The notes under the pieces were generated by a model. The model saw nothing but the letters and a program-made list of their open reading frames with translations, was not told the origin of the DNA and did not search any database. From Rebecca billardiae RCC1528 (taxonomy: Eukaryota; Protista; Haptophyta), in NCBI GenBank assembly GCA_965240325.2, contig OZ251225.1, positions 3,534,001-3,598,000 on the forward strand: a DNA stretch of 64,000 nucleotides. Direction: 5' to 3'. Each line of letters starts with the position of its first letter. Positions within the stretch are counted from its first letter, which is position 1. Shown here piece after piece: positions 19,868-31,800 of this stretch. Both the position numbers and the translations under genes were made by a program.

Positions 19868-22800
19868 TCAATCATCGGCGGTCGCATCACGATTCCCAAC
19901 CACGCGGCGCGCCCAGCCCGCCGGGTCGGTGCGCATCTGCGCCAGCCGCTTGGCGAGCACGTCCTCGTCCGCGCCGTGCGACTGGCGCAGCTTGCTCGCC
20001 GTGCCCGGGCGCGAGCCAGGCCGCAGGCGCGGAGGCGCTGCCGGTGGGATGGCGTCGGTGTCCGGCGTGGGCAGCGGCTGATCGTCGCCGTGGCTCAGCC
20101 GGCTCGCCTTGGGCGAAGGGCTGTGCTGCTGGCTCGCGGGCGTGTAGAGCGTGCGTGCGCCGGGCTGGTGCACGAGCGGCGACGGCTCGCGGCCCTCCTG
20201 CTCGGCGCTCACCCGGATCGAGCGCGACGTCAGGTGGGGCACGGGCGAGGCACGCGCGTCCGCCGCCGCCGCCTTGGCCGCCGCGCCTTGCTCGGCCGCG
20301 GACATCCACCCGTTCACCGCGCGCGAGGCCGCGTGCAGCGTGGCGCCGACCGAGCCGCCGCTGGCCGCCTGGCGCGCCGGGTCGGCGAGCGATGCGCCGC
20401 CGCCGCGGCTCGTCGGACGCGAGCCGGCGCGGTTGTGGTTGCTGAGGCCCGAGTCGTCGCCAAAGTCGTCTTCCGCGTCGAGCAGGACCATCGACGCGCG
20501 CTGCTTGGTTCCCGGCCTGGCGCGCGAGCTGAGGCCGGGGCGCGCCGCACCGCCCCCTCGGGGCGAGTCCGCGTCCTGCCAGCCCGACATGGCGGGAGGC
20601 GGGCCGGGCGTGGTCGGCGCCGACGGCGGCGGCCGTGGCGGCGGCGGCGGGGCGCCGCGCGAGGGCGAGCGGTCTGGCGAGGGCGGCTGGCGCTTGCCCT
20701 CGCTGTCAAAGTCGACGTCCTCGCCGTCCCACTGGGAGATGCTCGACAGCTGGCCGAGCTCGCCGTCGTCGAAGCGCGCGTCCAGACCGCGGCTGCCGAG
20801 CGGCCGCTCGAGGCCCGGCCGGCTGCGCGCCGCCGACCTGCGTCCGTCAGGCCCCTCCGAGCCGCCCGCCATCAGCGAGGCCTGCGCGCGCCGAGGCGTC
20901 GCGCGCACGGCGCTGCGAGCCGTCGTCACCGCGCCGCCCTGCCCGGCGGCACCGCCGTCCGCGCCCGCCTGCTCGCCCTCCGCGTCGTTGGCGCGCGCGC
21001 GCACGACGCGCGTGCCGCCTTTCTTGCTGCTCTTGCCGCCCGGCGGCGGCGGCGGCGTGGGCGTGGTCGGCGAGTGAGCGACCGCGCGCGGCATGCTCTG
21101 CCCGCGCGGCACGGCGCCGCTGCCCGCCGCCCGCGCCGCGTTGGCCTCGGCGCTCGCTGCGTCGAGCCGGCTGTTGGCCGACGCGATCGCCGCCTCGCTC
21201 GGCGCGAGGGGCGACACCATCCCCAGCTCGCGGCGCGGAGGCGGCGGCGGTGGCGCGGGCAGCTCCTGCAGCGGCCGCGGGCCGCCGCCGCCGCCGCCGC
21301 TCGCGCCCGGCTCCGCCTTGGGAGGCGGCGGCGGCGGCGGCTGGCGCTGCGGCGTCACCACCTGCAGGGGCCCTTCGCGGCCGGCCGAGCCCCTGCGCGG
21401 CGCCCGAGGCTGCTCGCCGCGCGCCATGCGCTCCCTCGCCTCGCGCTCGGCGCGCACCGCCGTGGTGGGCCGGCTCGAGACGCGCTCGACGTGTGAGGCG
21501 ACGCGCGCGGCCATGAGCGCGTTGCCGCTCGCCTCGTCGCTCAGCAGCTCGAGGAGCTCGCCGCCCTCGATCAGCTCGCGCCGCCCGAAGATCTCCTCCG
21601 CCTCCTCCTCCTCCTCGCCGCTGTCGCCCCAGTACGAGCTGTTCCGCCCCTCCTCCAGCTCGATCGATCCGGGCACAGGCTGCAGCCGCGAGTGCGCGCC
21701 GTGAAAGGCGCCGCTGCCACCGAGGCGCTTCTTGTCCGTAGGCTGCCGAGGCTTTTTAAACGACGGCGGCGCGGGCGCGACGGGCTCGTTGAGCTCGACA
21801 GGGAGCTGCGGCGGCGTGGTCGGCTCCGGAGGCAGCAGCTCCTCCGACGAGCCGCCAAACGGCACGGGCGAGCGCGCGCGCCGGAAGGACTCGTCCGAGA
21901 ACGTCCCGGGACCGCCCGCGCGCGCCGCCGGCGCCGCGCCGTCCGCGTCGCGCGCCGGCAGCTGCATCGGCAGGCGCGCGCGGCCGTGGCCGAACAGCGG
22001 CGTCGGGTCGTCCGCCTCCGCGCGCTCGTCGCGCCCCTCGCGCCGCGAAGACTCGCGCAGCGACTCGCGCAGCGGGAGCGAGGCGACCGACTCCTCCTCG
22101 AAGGCGGTCGTGTACGCCTGGTGCGACTGCTGAGACGCGGCCGAGTCGCGCCGCGCGCGCAGCAGGCCGCGCACGCCGACGGGCGAGTGCTCAGGCTCGG
22201 CCGCGTCCTGCAGCTGAGCCACGTGCAGCTGGGGAGCCGCGATCGCGAGCGCCGCGCGCGCCGACGGGGCGTCCGCGCTCGGCGCCACGCTCCTCGCGCG
22301 GCTCGCCTCGACCGACGCGGGCAGCGGCCCCAGCTGCGGCCGCGCGCGCTGGCCGTTGGCCGCCAGCTCCGCCCCGAGCGCGGCCAGCTGCGGCTGTGGC
22401 GCGAGCGCGTTCGCGCGGCCGAGCGGCGTCGGGCGCGAGAGCAGGGCCGCGGCCGCGTCGCTCAGAGCGGCCGGGCCCGACGCGCCGAGGGCGGGCGGCG
22501 CGTCGGGCACGGCCGGCGGGCTGACGCGCGCGCCGCCCTCCGCCGCTGCCGTCGGGCTCGTCCCCCGGGCCGGCACGCGGTGCGCTGCGGAGAAGGCGGG
22601 TGGCGGCACCGCCGTGAGCTCGGCGCTGTGTGCCGCGGGCTGCGGCGCGGGCTGCGGCGCGGGCTGCGGCGCGGGCGCCTCGCCCTCGGCGGCGGGCAGC
22701 GCCATGCGCACGCGCTGCACGGGCGGAGGCGCCTTGGCCATGATCGACGACAGCACGGCGGGCGGTGGGCGCGCGGCCAGGAAGGACGGCACCGCCGAGC

Positions 22801-25800
22801 CGGGCGTGGCGCCCGTGGGCGTGGGCGGCGCGACGCGCACGCGCTGCTCGGCGGTGGGCGGCGCGCCGCCGGTGCGGTACAGCGCCTTCTGCACCTCCTC
22901 GTGCACGAGGGCGAGCATCGCCGCCTCCTCCGCGCGCTGCTTCTCCTCCGCCACGCGCCTCTTCTCCTCCGCGCGCGCCTCGGCGGCGGCCGCGGACGGC
23001 TGCTGCGGCGCCTTGCCCGCGCGAGCAGGCGGCGCGCGTGGCGCGGGCTGCTGCTGCGCGCGCTCGTCCGGCGCGGCGCGCGCAGCCCTGAAGCGCGAGC
23101 GCGCCGCCTCCGCGTCGGACCTGGCGGCCGCCATCTGCTCGGCGAGCAAGCTCGCCTGCTCCTCCCACTCCGTCCGCCTCTCGTTGGCCATCACCTCGCG
23201 CTCGACGGCGCGCGCCTGCGCGCGCTCAGCCTCCGCCGCGGCGCGCGCGGCCGCCTCCGCCTCCGCGCGACGGCGCTCCGCCTCGGCGGTGGCGGCCTCC
23301 GACGCTTCGCGCTGTGCGGCCTCGCGCGCGGCCTGGGCCTGCGCGACCGCCGCCTCACGCCGCGCGAGCGCGGCGGCCGCCGCCTCTCTCGCGCGCGTGG
23401 CGGCCTCGGCCGCGGCCGCGGCCTCCGCTCTCTCGCGCCGCACCTGCGCTTCAAACGCGGCAGCTGCCTTTGCGGCGTCGGCCTCGAGCCGGGCGCGCTC
23501 GGCGGCAGCGGCGGCGGCGGCCTTCGCCTCCTCCTCCTCGGCCTGCTGCCGCGCCGCCTCGCGCTTCGCCGCCTCGGCCGCCTCGCGCTCCATCGCGAGA
23601 CGCGCCGCCTCGGCCGCCGCCTCGGCCGCCGCCGCCTCCGCCGCGCGCTTGCGCTCCGCCTCGGCCGCGGCGGCCGCCTTGGCGCGCGCGGCCTCCTGCT
23701 GCCGCTCCGCCTCGGCCGCGGCGCGAGACGCCGCCTCGGCCTCGGCCCTGCGCCGCTCCGCCTCGCCGGCGGCCGCCTCCGAGTGCTGCTGCTGCGCGGT
23801 CGCGCGCGTGCTGTCGGCGAGCGCGATGGCCGCCTCTCGCCGCGCCCGCGCCTCCTCCGCGTCGGCGAGCCTGGCCGCTGCGTCCCGATCGAGCGACTCT
23901 CTGGCCTTGCGCTCGGCGCGCAGCTGCTGAGCGATGGTGACGGCTTCAGCGGTGGCAAGCTCCGCCTCCCGGCGCTGCCGCGCCGCCTCCGCCTCGACTC
24001 GCGCGCGCACCTGCGCCGCCTCCTCCTTCTTGCGCGCCTCGATGGCTCGCGCGGCATCGACAGCCTCCGCGGCCGCACGCGCCGCGTTTGCGGCAGAAGC
24101 CGCAGCACTCCGTTGCTCGGCATGCCGACGCGCCGAGCCGGTCCGGGGCTGGCCTGCGCCCAGGGAGAGCCGAGCAGGGCCAGCAGCCGCTGCTGCCGCC
24201 TCCTGCTGCTGGCGGCTTGCCTCAGCAGCGGCGACGGCTGCCGCCTCCTCCTCAGCCTTGCGCTTGGCCTCGCCGGCGGCAGCGGCTGCCGCCTCCTCCT
24301 CGGCCTTGCGCGTGGCCTGGGTCGCGGCTGCCGCCTCCTCCTCGGCCTTGCGCTTGGCCTCGGCCATGGCTGCCGCCTCCTCCTCAGCCTTGCGCTTGGC
24401 CTCGGCGGCGGCAGCGGCTGCCGCCTGCTCCTCAGCCTTGCGCTTGGCCTCGGCGGCGGCTGCCGCCTCCTCCTCAGCCTTGCGCTTGGCCTCGGCGACG
24501 GCTGCCGCCTCCTCCTCAGCTTTGCGCTTGGCCTCGGCCTCGGCCTCGGCAGCGGCAGCGGCCGCGGCTGCCGCCTCCTCCTCGGCCTTGCGCTTGGCCT
24601 CGGCTGCGGCGGCGGCAGCGGCAGCGGCAGCGGCTGCCGCCTCCTCCTCAGCCTTGCGCTTGGCCTCGGCGGCGGCAGCGGCTGCCGCCTCCTCCTCAGC
24701 CTTGCGCTTGGCCTCGGCGGCGGCCGCGGCTGCCGCCTCCTCCTCAGCCTTGCGCTTGGCCTCGGCGGCGGCAGCGGCTGCCGCCTCCTCCTCAGCTTTG
24801 CGCTTGGCCTCGGCCTCGGCCTCGGCAGCGGCAGCAGCAGCGGCTGCCGCCTCCTCCTCAGCCTTGCGCTTGGCCTCGGCGGCGGCAGCGGCTGCCGCCT
24901 CCTCCTCCGCCTTACGCTTGGCCTCGGCGGCGGCAGCGGCTGCCGCCTCCTCCTCAGCCTTACGCTTGGCCTCGGCCTCGGCAGCGGCAGCGGCTGCCGC
25001 CTCCTCCTCAGCCCTGCGCTTGGCCTCGGCGGCGGCAGCGGCTGCCGCCTCCTCCTCGGCCTTGCGCGTGGCCTGGGCCGCGGCTGCCGCCTCCTCCTCG
25101 GCCTTGCGCTTGGCCTCGGCCATGGCTGCCGCCTCCTCCTCAGCCTTGCGCTTGGCCTCGGCGACGGCGGCGGCTTCAGCTTCCACCTGCTGCTGCCTGC
25201 GCTCCGCCTCCGCGGCGGCAGCGGCGGCAGCTGCGGCCTGCTGCTGCTTGCGCTCCTCCTCAGCTGCCTCAGCTTCGGCGGCCTCTGCCTCCGCAATGAG
25301 GCGCTCTGCCTCCGCAGCGGCGGCAGCAGCTGCTTCGGCCGCAGCCAGCTTGCGCGCTGCTTCTGCAGCTGCTGCCGCGGCGGAGGCCTTTTCAATACTC
25401 TCCGAGCGCTTGAGCCGCCTGCGCTCCTTGGAGGCCTGCTTCTCGATACGCCTGCGCTCGGCGGCAGCTTCTGCCGAGCCCTCGTTGGGCGCAGTCGCAG
25501 CGCTGTCGTCGGGTTCGGGCTTTGCGGCCTGGCTGGTCGCATCGGCCGCAGCTGCGTCGGCCTCGACCTGCTGCGATGGCTGTGCAGCCGCGGGCGCCGA
25601 AGCCGCGGCAGCAGCTGTCTCCGCGGGGGCGGCCGAGCTCAGGGGTGCATCTGGGATCGGCCCCGGAAATGCGTACGATGCGGGCTGGGTTGCCTGTGCC
25701 GTAGCGGACTCCGGAGGTGCTGCAGCAGTCGTTGCGCTGGGAGCAGCCGAGCTTGGCGGAGGTTCTGCGGGCTTTGGGCCTGGGAAGGCGTACGACGCCG

Positions 25801-28800
25801 TCTGCGCGGAGTTGCGCCTGGACTGCACAGCCGGCGGAGGCGCAGTTGTCGAAGGCGGCGCCGCTTGCGGCTGCCCGGGCGCCGCAGCAGGGGCGGCCAC
25901 GACATCCGGCTGCGGTTGGTCGGCCTCGGCAACAGCAGGCGAGGCCGGCTGGTTGCGCTCAGACCCGCCAGCTCCCTCCTGCTGCTGCTTGCCCTCCGCC
26001 ACGGTAGCGCCACCGACCGCGGCTGCCGCCTCCTCCTCAGCCTTGCGCTTGGCCTCGGCCGCGGCTGCCGCCTCCTCCTCAGCCTTGCGCTTGGCCTCGG
26101 CCGCGGCTGCCGCCTCCTCCTCAGCCTTGCGCTTGGCCTCGACGGCGGCAGCGGCTGCCGCCTCCTCCTCCGCCTTGCGCTTGGCCTCGGCCTCGGCCTC
26201 GGCAGCGGCAGCGGCAGCGGCTGCCGCCTCCTCCTCAGCCTTGCGCTTGGCCTCGGCGGCGGCAGCGGCTGCCGCCTCCTCCTCAGCCTTGCGCTTGGCC
26301 TCGGCGGCGGCCGCGGCTGCCGCCTCCTCCTCCGCCTTGCGCTTGGCCTCGGCGGCGGCAGCGGCTGCCGCCTCCTCCTCCGCCTTGCGCTTGGCCTCGG
26401 CCTCGGCCTCGGCAGCGGCAGAGGCAGCGGCTGCCGCCTCCTCCTCAGCTTTGCGCTTGGCCTCGGCCTCGGCCTCGGCAGCGGCAGCGGCAGCGGCTGC
26501 CGCCTCCTCCTCAGCCTTGCGCTTGGCCTCGGCAGCGGCTGCGGCTGCCGCCTCCTCCTCAGCCTTGCGCTTGGCCTCGGCGGCGGCCGCGGCTGCCGCC
26601 TCCTCCTCGGCCTTGCGCTTGGCCTCGGCCTCGGCCTCGGCAGCGGCAGCGGCAGCGGCAGCGGCTGCCGCCTCCTCCTCAGCCTTGCGCTTGGCCTCGG
26701 CGGCGGCAGCGGCTGCCGCCTCCTCCTCAGCCTTGCGCTTTGCCTCAGCGGCAGCGGCTGCCGCCTCCTCCTCAGCCTTGCGCTTGGCCTTGGCAGCGGC
26801 TGCGGCTGCCGCCTCCTCCTCAGCCTTGCGCTTGGCCTCGGCGGCGGCAGCGGCTGCCGCCTCCTCCTCGGCCTTGCGCTCGGCCTCGGCTGCGGCTGCC
26901 GCCTCCTCCTCAGCCTTGCGCTTGGCCTCGGCTGCGGCTGCGGCTGCCGCCTCCTCCTCAGCCTTGCGCTTGGCCTCGGCGGCGGCAGCGGCTGCCGCCT
27001 CCTCCTCAGCCTTGCGCTTGGCCTCGGCGGCGGCTGCGGCTGCCGCCTCCTCCTCAGCCTTGCGCTTGGCCTCGGCCTCAGCCTCGGCAGCGGCAGCGGC
27101 AGCGGCTGCCGCCTCCTCCTCAGCTTTGCGCTTGGCCTCGGCAGCGGCTGCGGCTGCCGCAACCTCCTCAGCCTTGCGCTTGGCCTCGGCGGCGGCAGCG
27201 GCTGCCGCCTCCTCCTCAGCCTTGCGCTGCGCCTCAGCAGCAGGGGCAGCGGCAGTGGCAGCTGCAGCCTGCTGCTGCTTGCGCTCGGCCTCCGCAGCAG
27301 CTTCAGCTGCGGCGGTGGCAGCGGCTGCCTCTGCGAGCATGCGCTCCGCCTCGGCCGCGGCGGCGGCAGCAGTCCTCTCCGCGTCCTGCTTCATGCGCTC
27401 TGCCCAAGCCGCCTTGGTTGCAGCAGCCGCAGCAGCGGCCTCCGCCTGCAGCTTCTGCTGCGCATCAGCGGCAGCAGCAGCCGCCGCCGCCGCTTCTGCT
27501 TCCTTCTGCTGGCGCTGTGCCTCAGCAGCGGCGGTGGCAGCCGCAGCGGCCTCCTCCTGCTGCTTGCGCTCGGCCTCCGCAGCAGCGGCAGCAGCTACCG
27601 CCTCCTCCGCCTGCTTGCGCTTCGTATCGGCAGCGGCGGCTGCTGCGGCCTCCTGCTGCTTGCGCTCCGCCTCGGCAGCGGCGGCGGCGGCCGCGGCCTC
27701 CTGCTGCTTGCGCTCGGCCTCCGCAGCAGCTTCAGCTGCGGCGGTGGCGGCGGCTGCCTCTGCGAGCATGCGCTCCGCCTCGGCCGCGGCGGCCGCGGCT
27801 GCTGCTGCTGCCTCGTGCTGCTTGCGCTCCGCTTCTGCAGCGGCGGCGGCGGCGGCGGCGGCGTCTGCCTCCGCCTGCTGCTTCTGCGCCTCGTCTGCGG
27901 CCGCGGCGGCCGCGGCGGCGGCATCGGCCGCTTGCTGCGTGCGCTGCGCCTCTGCAGCGGCGGCCGCCGCGGCCTCGCCCTGCCGCTTGCGCTCCGCCTC
28001 GGCAGCGGCGGCCGCAGCGGCGGCGGCTGCCTCCTCCTGCTGCTTGCGCCTCGCCTCAGCGGCGGCGGCGGCTGCAGCCTCCTGCTGCTTGCGCTCCGCT
28101 TCGGCCGCGGCGGCGGCAGCCTTCGCAGCTGCCGCCTCCTGATGCTTGAGCTCCGCCTCCGCAGCGGCATCAGCGGCAGCAGTGGCAGCAGCCGCCTGTG
28201 CGATCATTCGCTCGGCCTCAGCAGTAGCGGCCGCTGCTGCTGCCGCGGCATCCTGCTTCAGGCGCTCCGCCTCGGCCGCAGCGGCAGCAGCGGCGGCAGC
28301 AATGCGCTCCGCTTGCTGCTTGCTCTCCGCGTCAGCTGTGGCGGCGGCGGCAGCCGCTGCTGCTGCCTCCTGCTGCGTGCGCGCTGCTTCAGCAGCGGTG
28401 GCTGCAGCGGCAGCTGCCGCCTCCTCCTCCTGCTTGCGCTGCGCCTCGGCCGCAGAGGCAGCGGCTGCGGCTTCTGCCGCTGCTTGCTGCTTGCTCTCCG
28501 CCTCGGCGGCCACCGCGGCGGCTGCAGCTTCTCCCTGCCGCTTGCGCTCCGCCTCAGCAGCGGCGGCGGCGGCGGCTGCCTCCTCCTGCTGCTTGCGCTC
28601 CGCCTCGGCGGCTGCGGTGGCGGCAGCGGCAGCAGCTGCCTCGAGCTGTGCCTCGGCAGCCGCGGCTGCAGCCGCTGCCGCCTCCTGCTCCTTGCGCTCC
28701 GCCTCGGCGGCTTTCACGGCGGCGGCGGCGGCCGCGGCCTCCTGCTGCTTGCGCTCGGCCTCCGCAGCAGCTTCAGCTGCGGCGGTGGCGGCGGCTGCCT

Positions 28801-31800
28801 CTGCGAGCATGCGCTCCGCCTCGGCCGCGGCGGCCGCGGCTGCTGCTGCCACCTCGTGCTGCTTGCGCTCCGCTTCTGCAGCGGCGGCGGCGGCGGCGGC
28901 GGCGTCTGCCTCCGCCTGCTGCTTCTGCGCCTCGTCTGCGGCAGCGGCGGCCGCGGCGGCGGCATCGGCCGCTTGCTGCGTGCGCTGCGCCTCTGCAGCG
29001 GCGGCCGCCGCGGCCTCGCCCTGCCGCTTGCGCTCCTCCTCGGCGGCGGCGGCCGCAGCGGCGGCGGCTGCCTCCTCCTGCTGCTTGCGCCTCGCCTCAG
29101 CGGCGGCGGCGGCTGCAGCCTCCTGCTGCTTGCGCTCCGCTTCGGCAGCGGCGGCGGCGGCGACGGCCGCGGCAGCTTCCTGTTGCATGCGCTCCGCCTC
29201 GGCAGCGGCTTCGGCGGCTGCCTTGGCGGCCGCTGCCTCCTGCAGCATTCGCTCTGCCTCGGCCGCGGCGGCCGCGGCGGCTGCTGCCGCCTCCTGCTGC
29301 TTGCGCTCAGCCTCGGCGGCGGCAGCGGCGGCAGCCGCAGCAGCTGCCTCTGCTTGCTGCTTCTGCTCGGCATCGGCAGCAGAGGCGGCAGCAACGGCAG
29401 CGGCAGCGGCCACCTCCTGCTTCTTCTGCGCCTCGGCCGCGGCAGCTGCGGCCGCGGCTGCTACCTCCTCCTGCTGCTTACGCTCCGCCTCGGCAGCCGC
29501 GGCAGCGGCGGCGGCTGCTGCTGCTGCTTGCTGCTTTTCCTCTGCCGCGGCGGCGGCGGCGGCAGCGGCTGCCTCGCCCTCTCGTTTTCGCTCTGCCTCA
29601 GCATCGGCAGCAACCGCAGCAGCCTCCTCCTGCTGCTTGCGCTCAGCCTCAGCGGCGGCAGCAGCGGCGGCGGCTGCTGCCTCCTCCTCAGCTTTGCGCT
29701 TGGCCTCTGCCTCGGCAGCGGCAGCGGCAGCGGCCGCGGCGGCAGCTGCCGCCTCCTCCTCAGCTTTGCGCTTGGCCTCGGCGGCGGCAGCGGCTGCCGC
29801 CTCCTCCTCCGCCTTGCGCTTGGCCTCGGCCTCGGCCTCGGCAGCGGCAGCGGCCGCGGCTGCCGCCTCCTCCTCAGCCTTGCGCTTGGCCTCGGCGGCG
29901 GCGGCGGCCTCGGCAGCGGCAGCGGCTGCGGCTGCCGCCTCCTCCTCAGCCTTGCGCTTGGCCTCGGCTGCGGCGGCGGCCTCGGCAGCGGCAGCGGCCG
30001 CGGCTGCCGCCTCCTCCTCAGCCTTGCGCTTGGCCTCGGCCTCGGCAGCGGCAGCGGCCACGGCTGCCGCCTCCTCCTCAGCCTTGCGCGTGGCCTCGGC
30101 GGCTGCCGCGGCTGCCGCCTCCTCCTCAGCCTTGCGCTTGGCCTCGGCTGCGGCCTCGGCCTCGGCAGCGGCAGCGGCCGCGGCTGCCGCCTCCTCCTCA
30201 GCCTTGCGCCTGGCCTCGGCCTCGGCCTCGGCAGCGGCAGTGGCCGCGGCTGCCGCCTCCTCCTCGGCCTTGCGCGTGGCCTGGGCCGCGGCTGCCGCCT
30301 CCTCCTCGGCCTTGCGCTTGGCCTCGGCGGCGGCAGCGGCTGCCGCCTCCTCCTCAGCCTTGCGCTTGGCCTCGGCGGCGGCAGCGGCTGCCGCCTCCTC
30401 CTCCGCCTTGCGCTTGGCCTCGGCGGCGGCGCTGCTCTCGTGCTGAGCCTCGCCATCGGAAGCCCCCACCGAGCCAGCAGCACTCGGGTCGGCGGGCAGG
30501 GGCCCGTCCGCACCCTGCGGCGCCTCCGACCGTGCCGCGGCCGGCGGGTGGGCGGCAGTTGCACCCTCGAGCGGAGGGGCGCTGGCAAGCTCGAGGTGGG
30601 AGGGGCTCGACGCAGAGTCCGCGGCCGGTGCCACTGGCGCGGCGGCAGGTGCATCGACGCCGACGGCGGGTACGGCCGCGGCTGCGGGGGCGTGCGCGAC
30701 AGCGCCATCCTCACCTGCGTCGGCAGCCGGGGCAGCACCGCCCGCGGGCGACGCGGCCGGCGCGGCCACAGCTGCCGGCGCGTCGCCGGTCGCTTCGCCG
30801 GGCGCAGCGGGTGTTGGCCGCGCGTCCGTCGCCGCCGGCGCTGCCGATGGCACCGCCGGCGACGCGACGCCGTCACCCGCGCTCGGCATGGCTGCAGCGC
30901 TCGCTCCAGCCTCCGCAGCCGGCGCTGCCGACGCTGTCTTCGCGGCGGAGGCAGCAGCGCGGGCGGCCGCGTCGGCTTCGGCCGCGACGGGCTGCTCGGT
31001 GCTCGCCGCGCGCGCTGTGTCGGCGTTGGGCGCGTCCTTGGCCTTCTCAGCCTCGTACAGCGCGCGGTGCTCGACCCAGACCGGGTGGTCCCACTGCGTG
31101 CTCCCGTCGAGCGCGTTGTGGTAGTACGCCTCGCCCGTGGCCGAGTCGGCCACCTCCTGCCACCCCTCGGGCATCGGCGCCAGCCGCGCGCGGCGCGTGA
31201 GCCACTGGAAGCGATGGCGCTCGGCGGGTGGGATGCCGAGCCACTCAGCGTACTCGACGTCGGCCTCGCGCTCGCGGGCGTCGGCCGCGCGCGCGGCGCG
31301 GCCGCGCGCCGCCGCCTGCATGCGCACGGCCGCGCCGCGCTGCGCCTCGCGCGTGCGCGCGGTGCGCGCCTGCCGGCCGCGCGCCGCCGCCTGCACTCGC
31401 GCCGCGGCGCCGTGCTGTGCCGGATCGAGCGAGCGCTGGCGCGTGGCGCGCGCGACGCGCGCGTGCTCCCGCGCGACGCGCCCGCGGTGCGCGGCCTGGA
31501 TGCGCGCCGCCGCCGACTTGCTCGACGTGTCGGCCGCCTCCGCCTTGGCCGCCTCGTACAGCGCGCGGTGCTCGACCCACACCGGGTGGTCCCACTGCGT
31601 GCGCCCGTCGAGCGCGTGGTGGTAGTACGCCTCACCGCTGCCCTCGTCCAGCACCTCCTCCCAGCCCTCGGGCATCGGCGTGTCCAGCGCCTTCTTCGCG
31701 ACCCAGTAGAACTCGGGCTCCTCGATCCCGAGCCACAGCGCGTACTCGAGCACCTCGGAGCCGCCCGCCGCGATGGCCGCGCGCTCGCGGCCCGCGCGCG

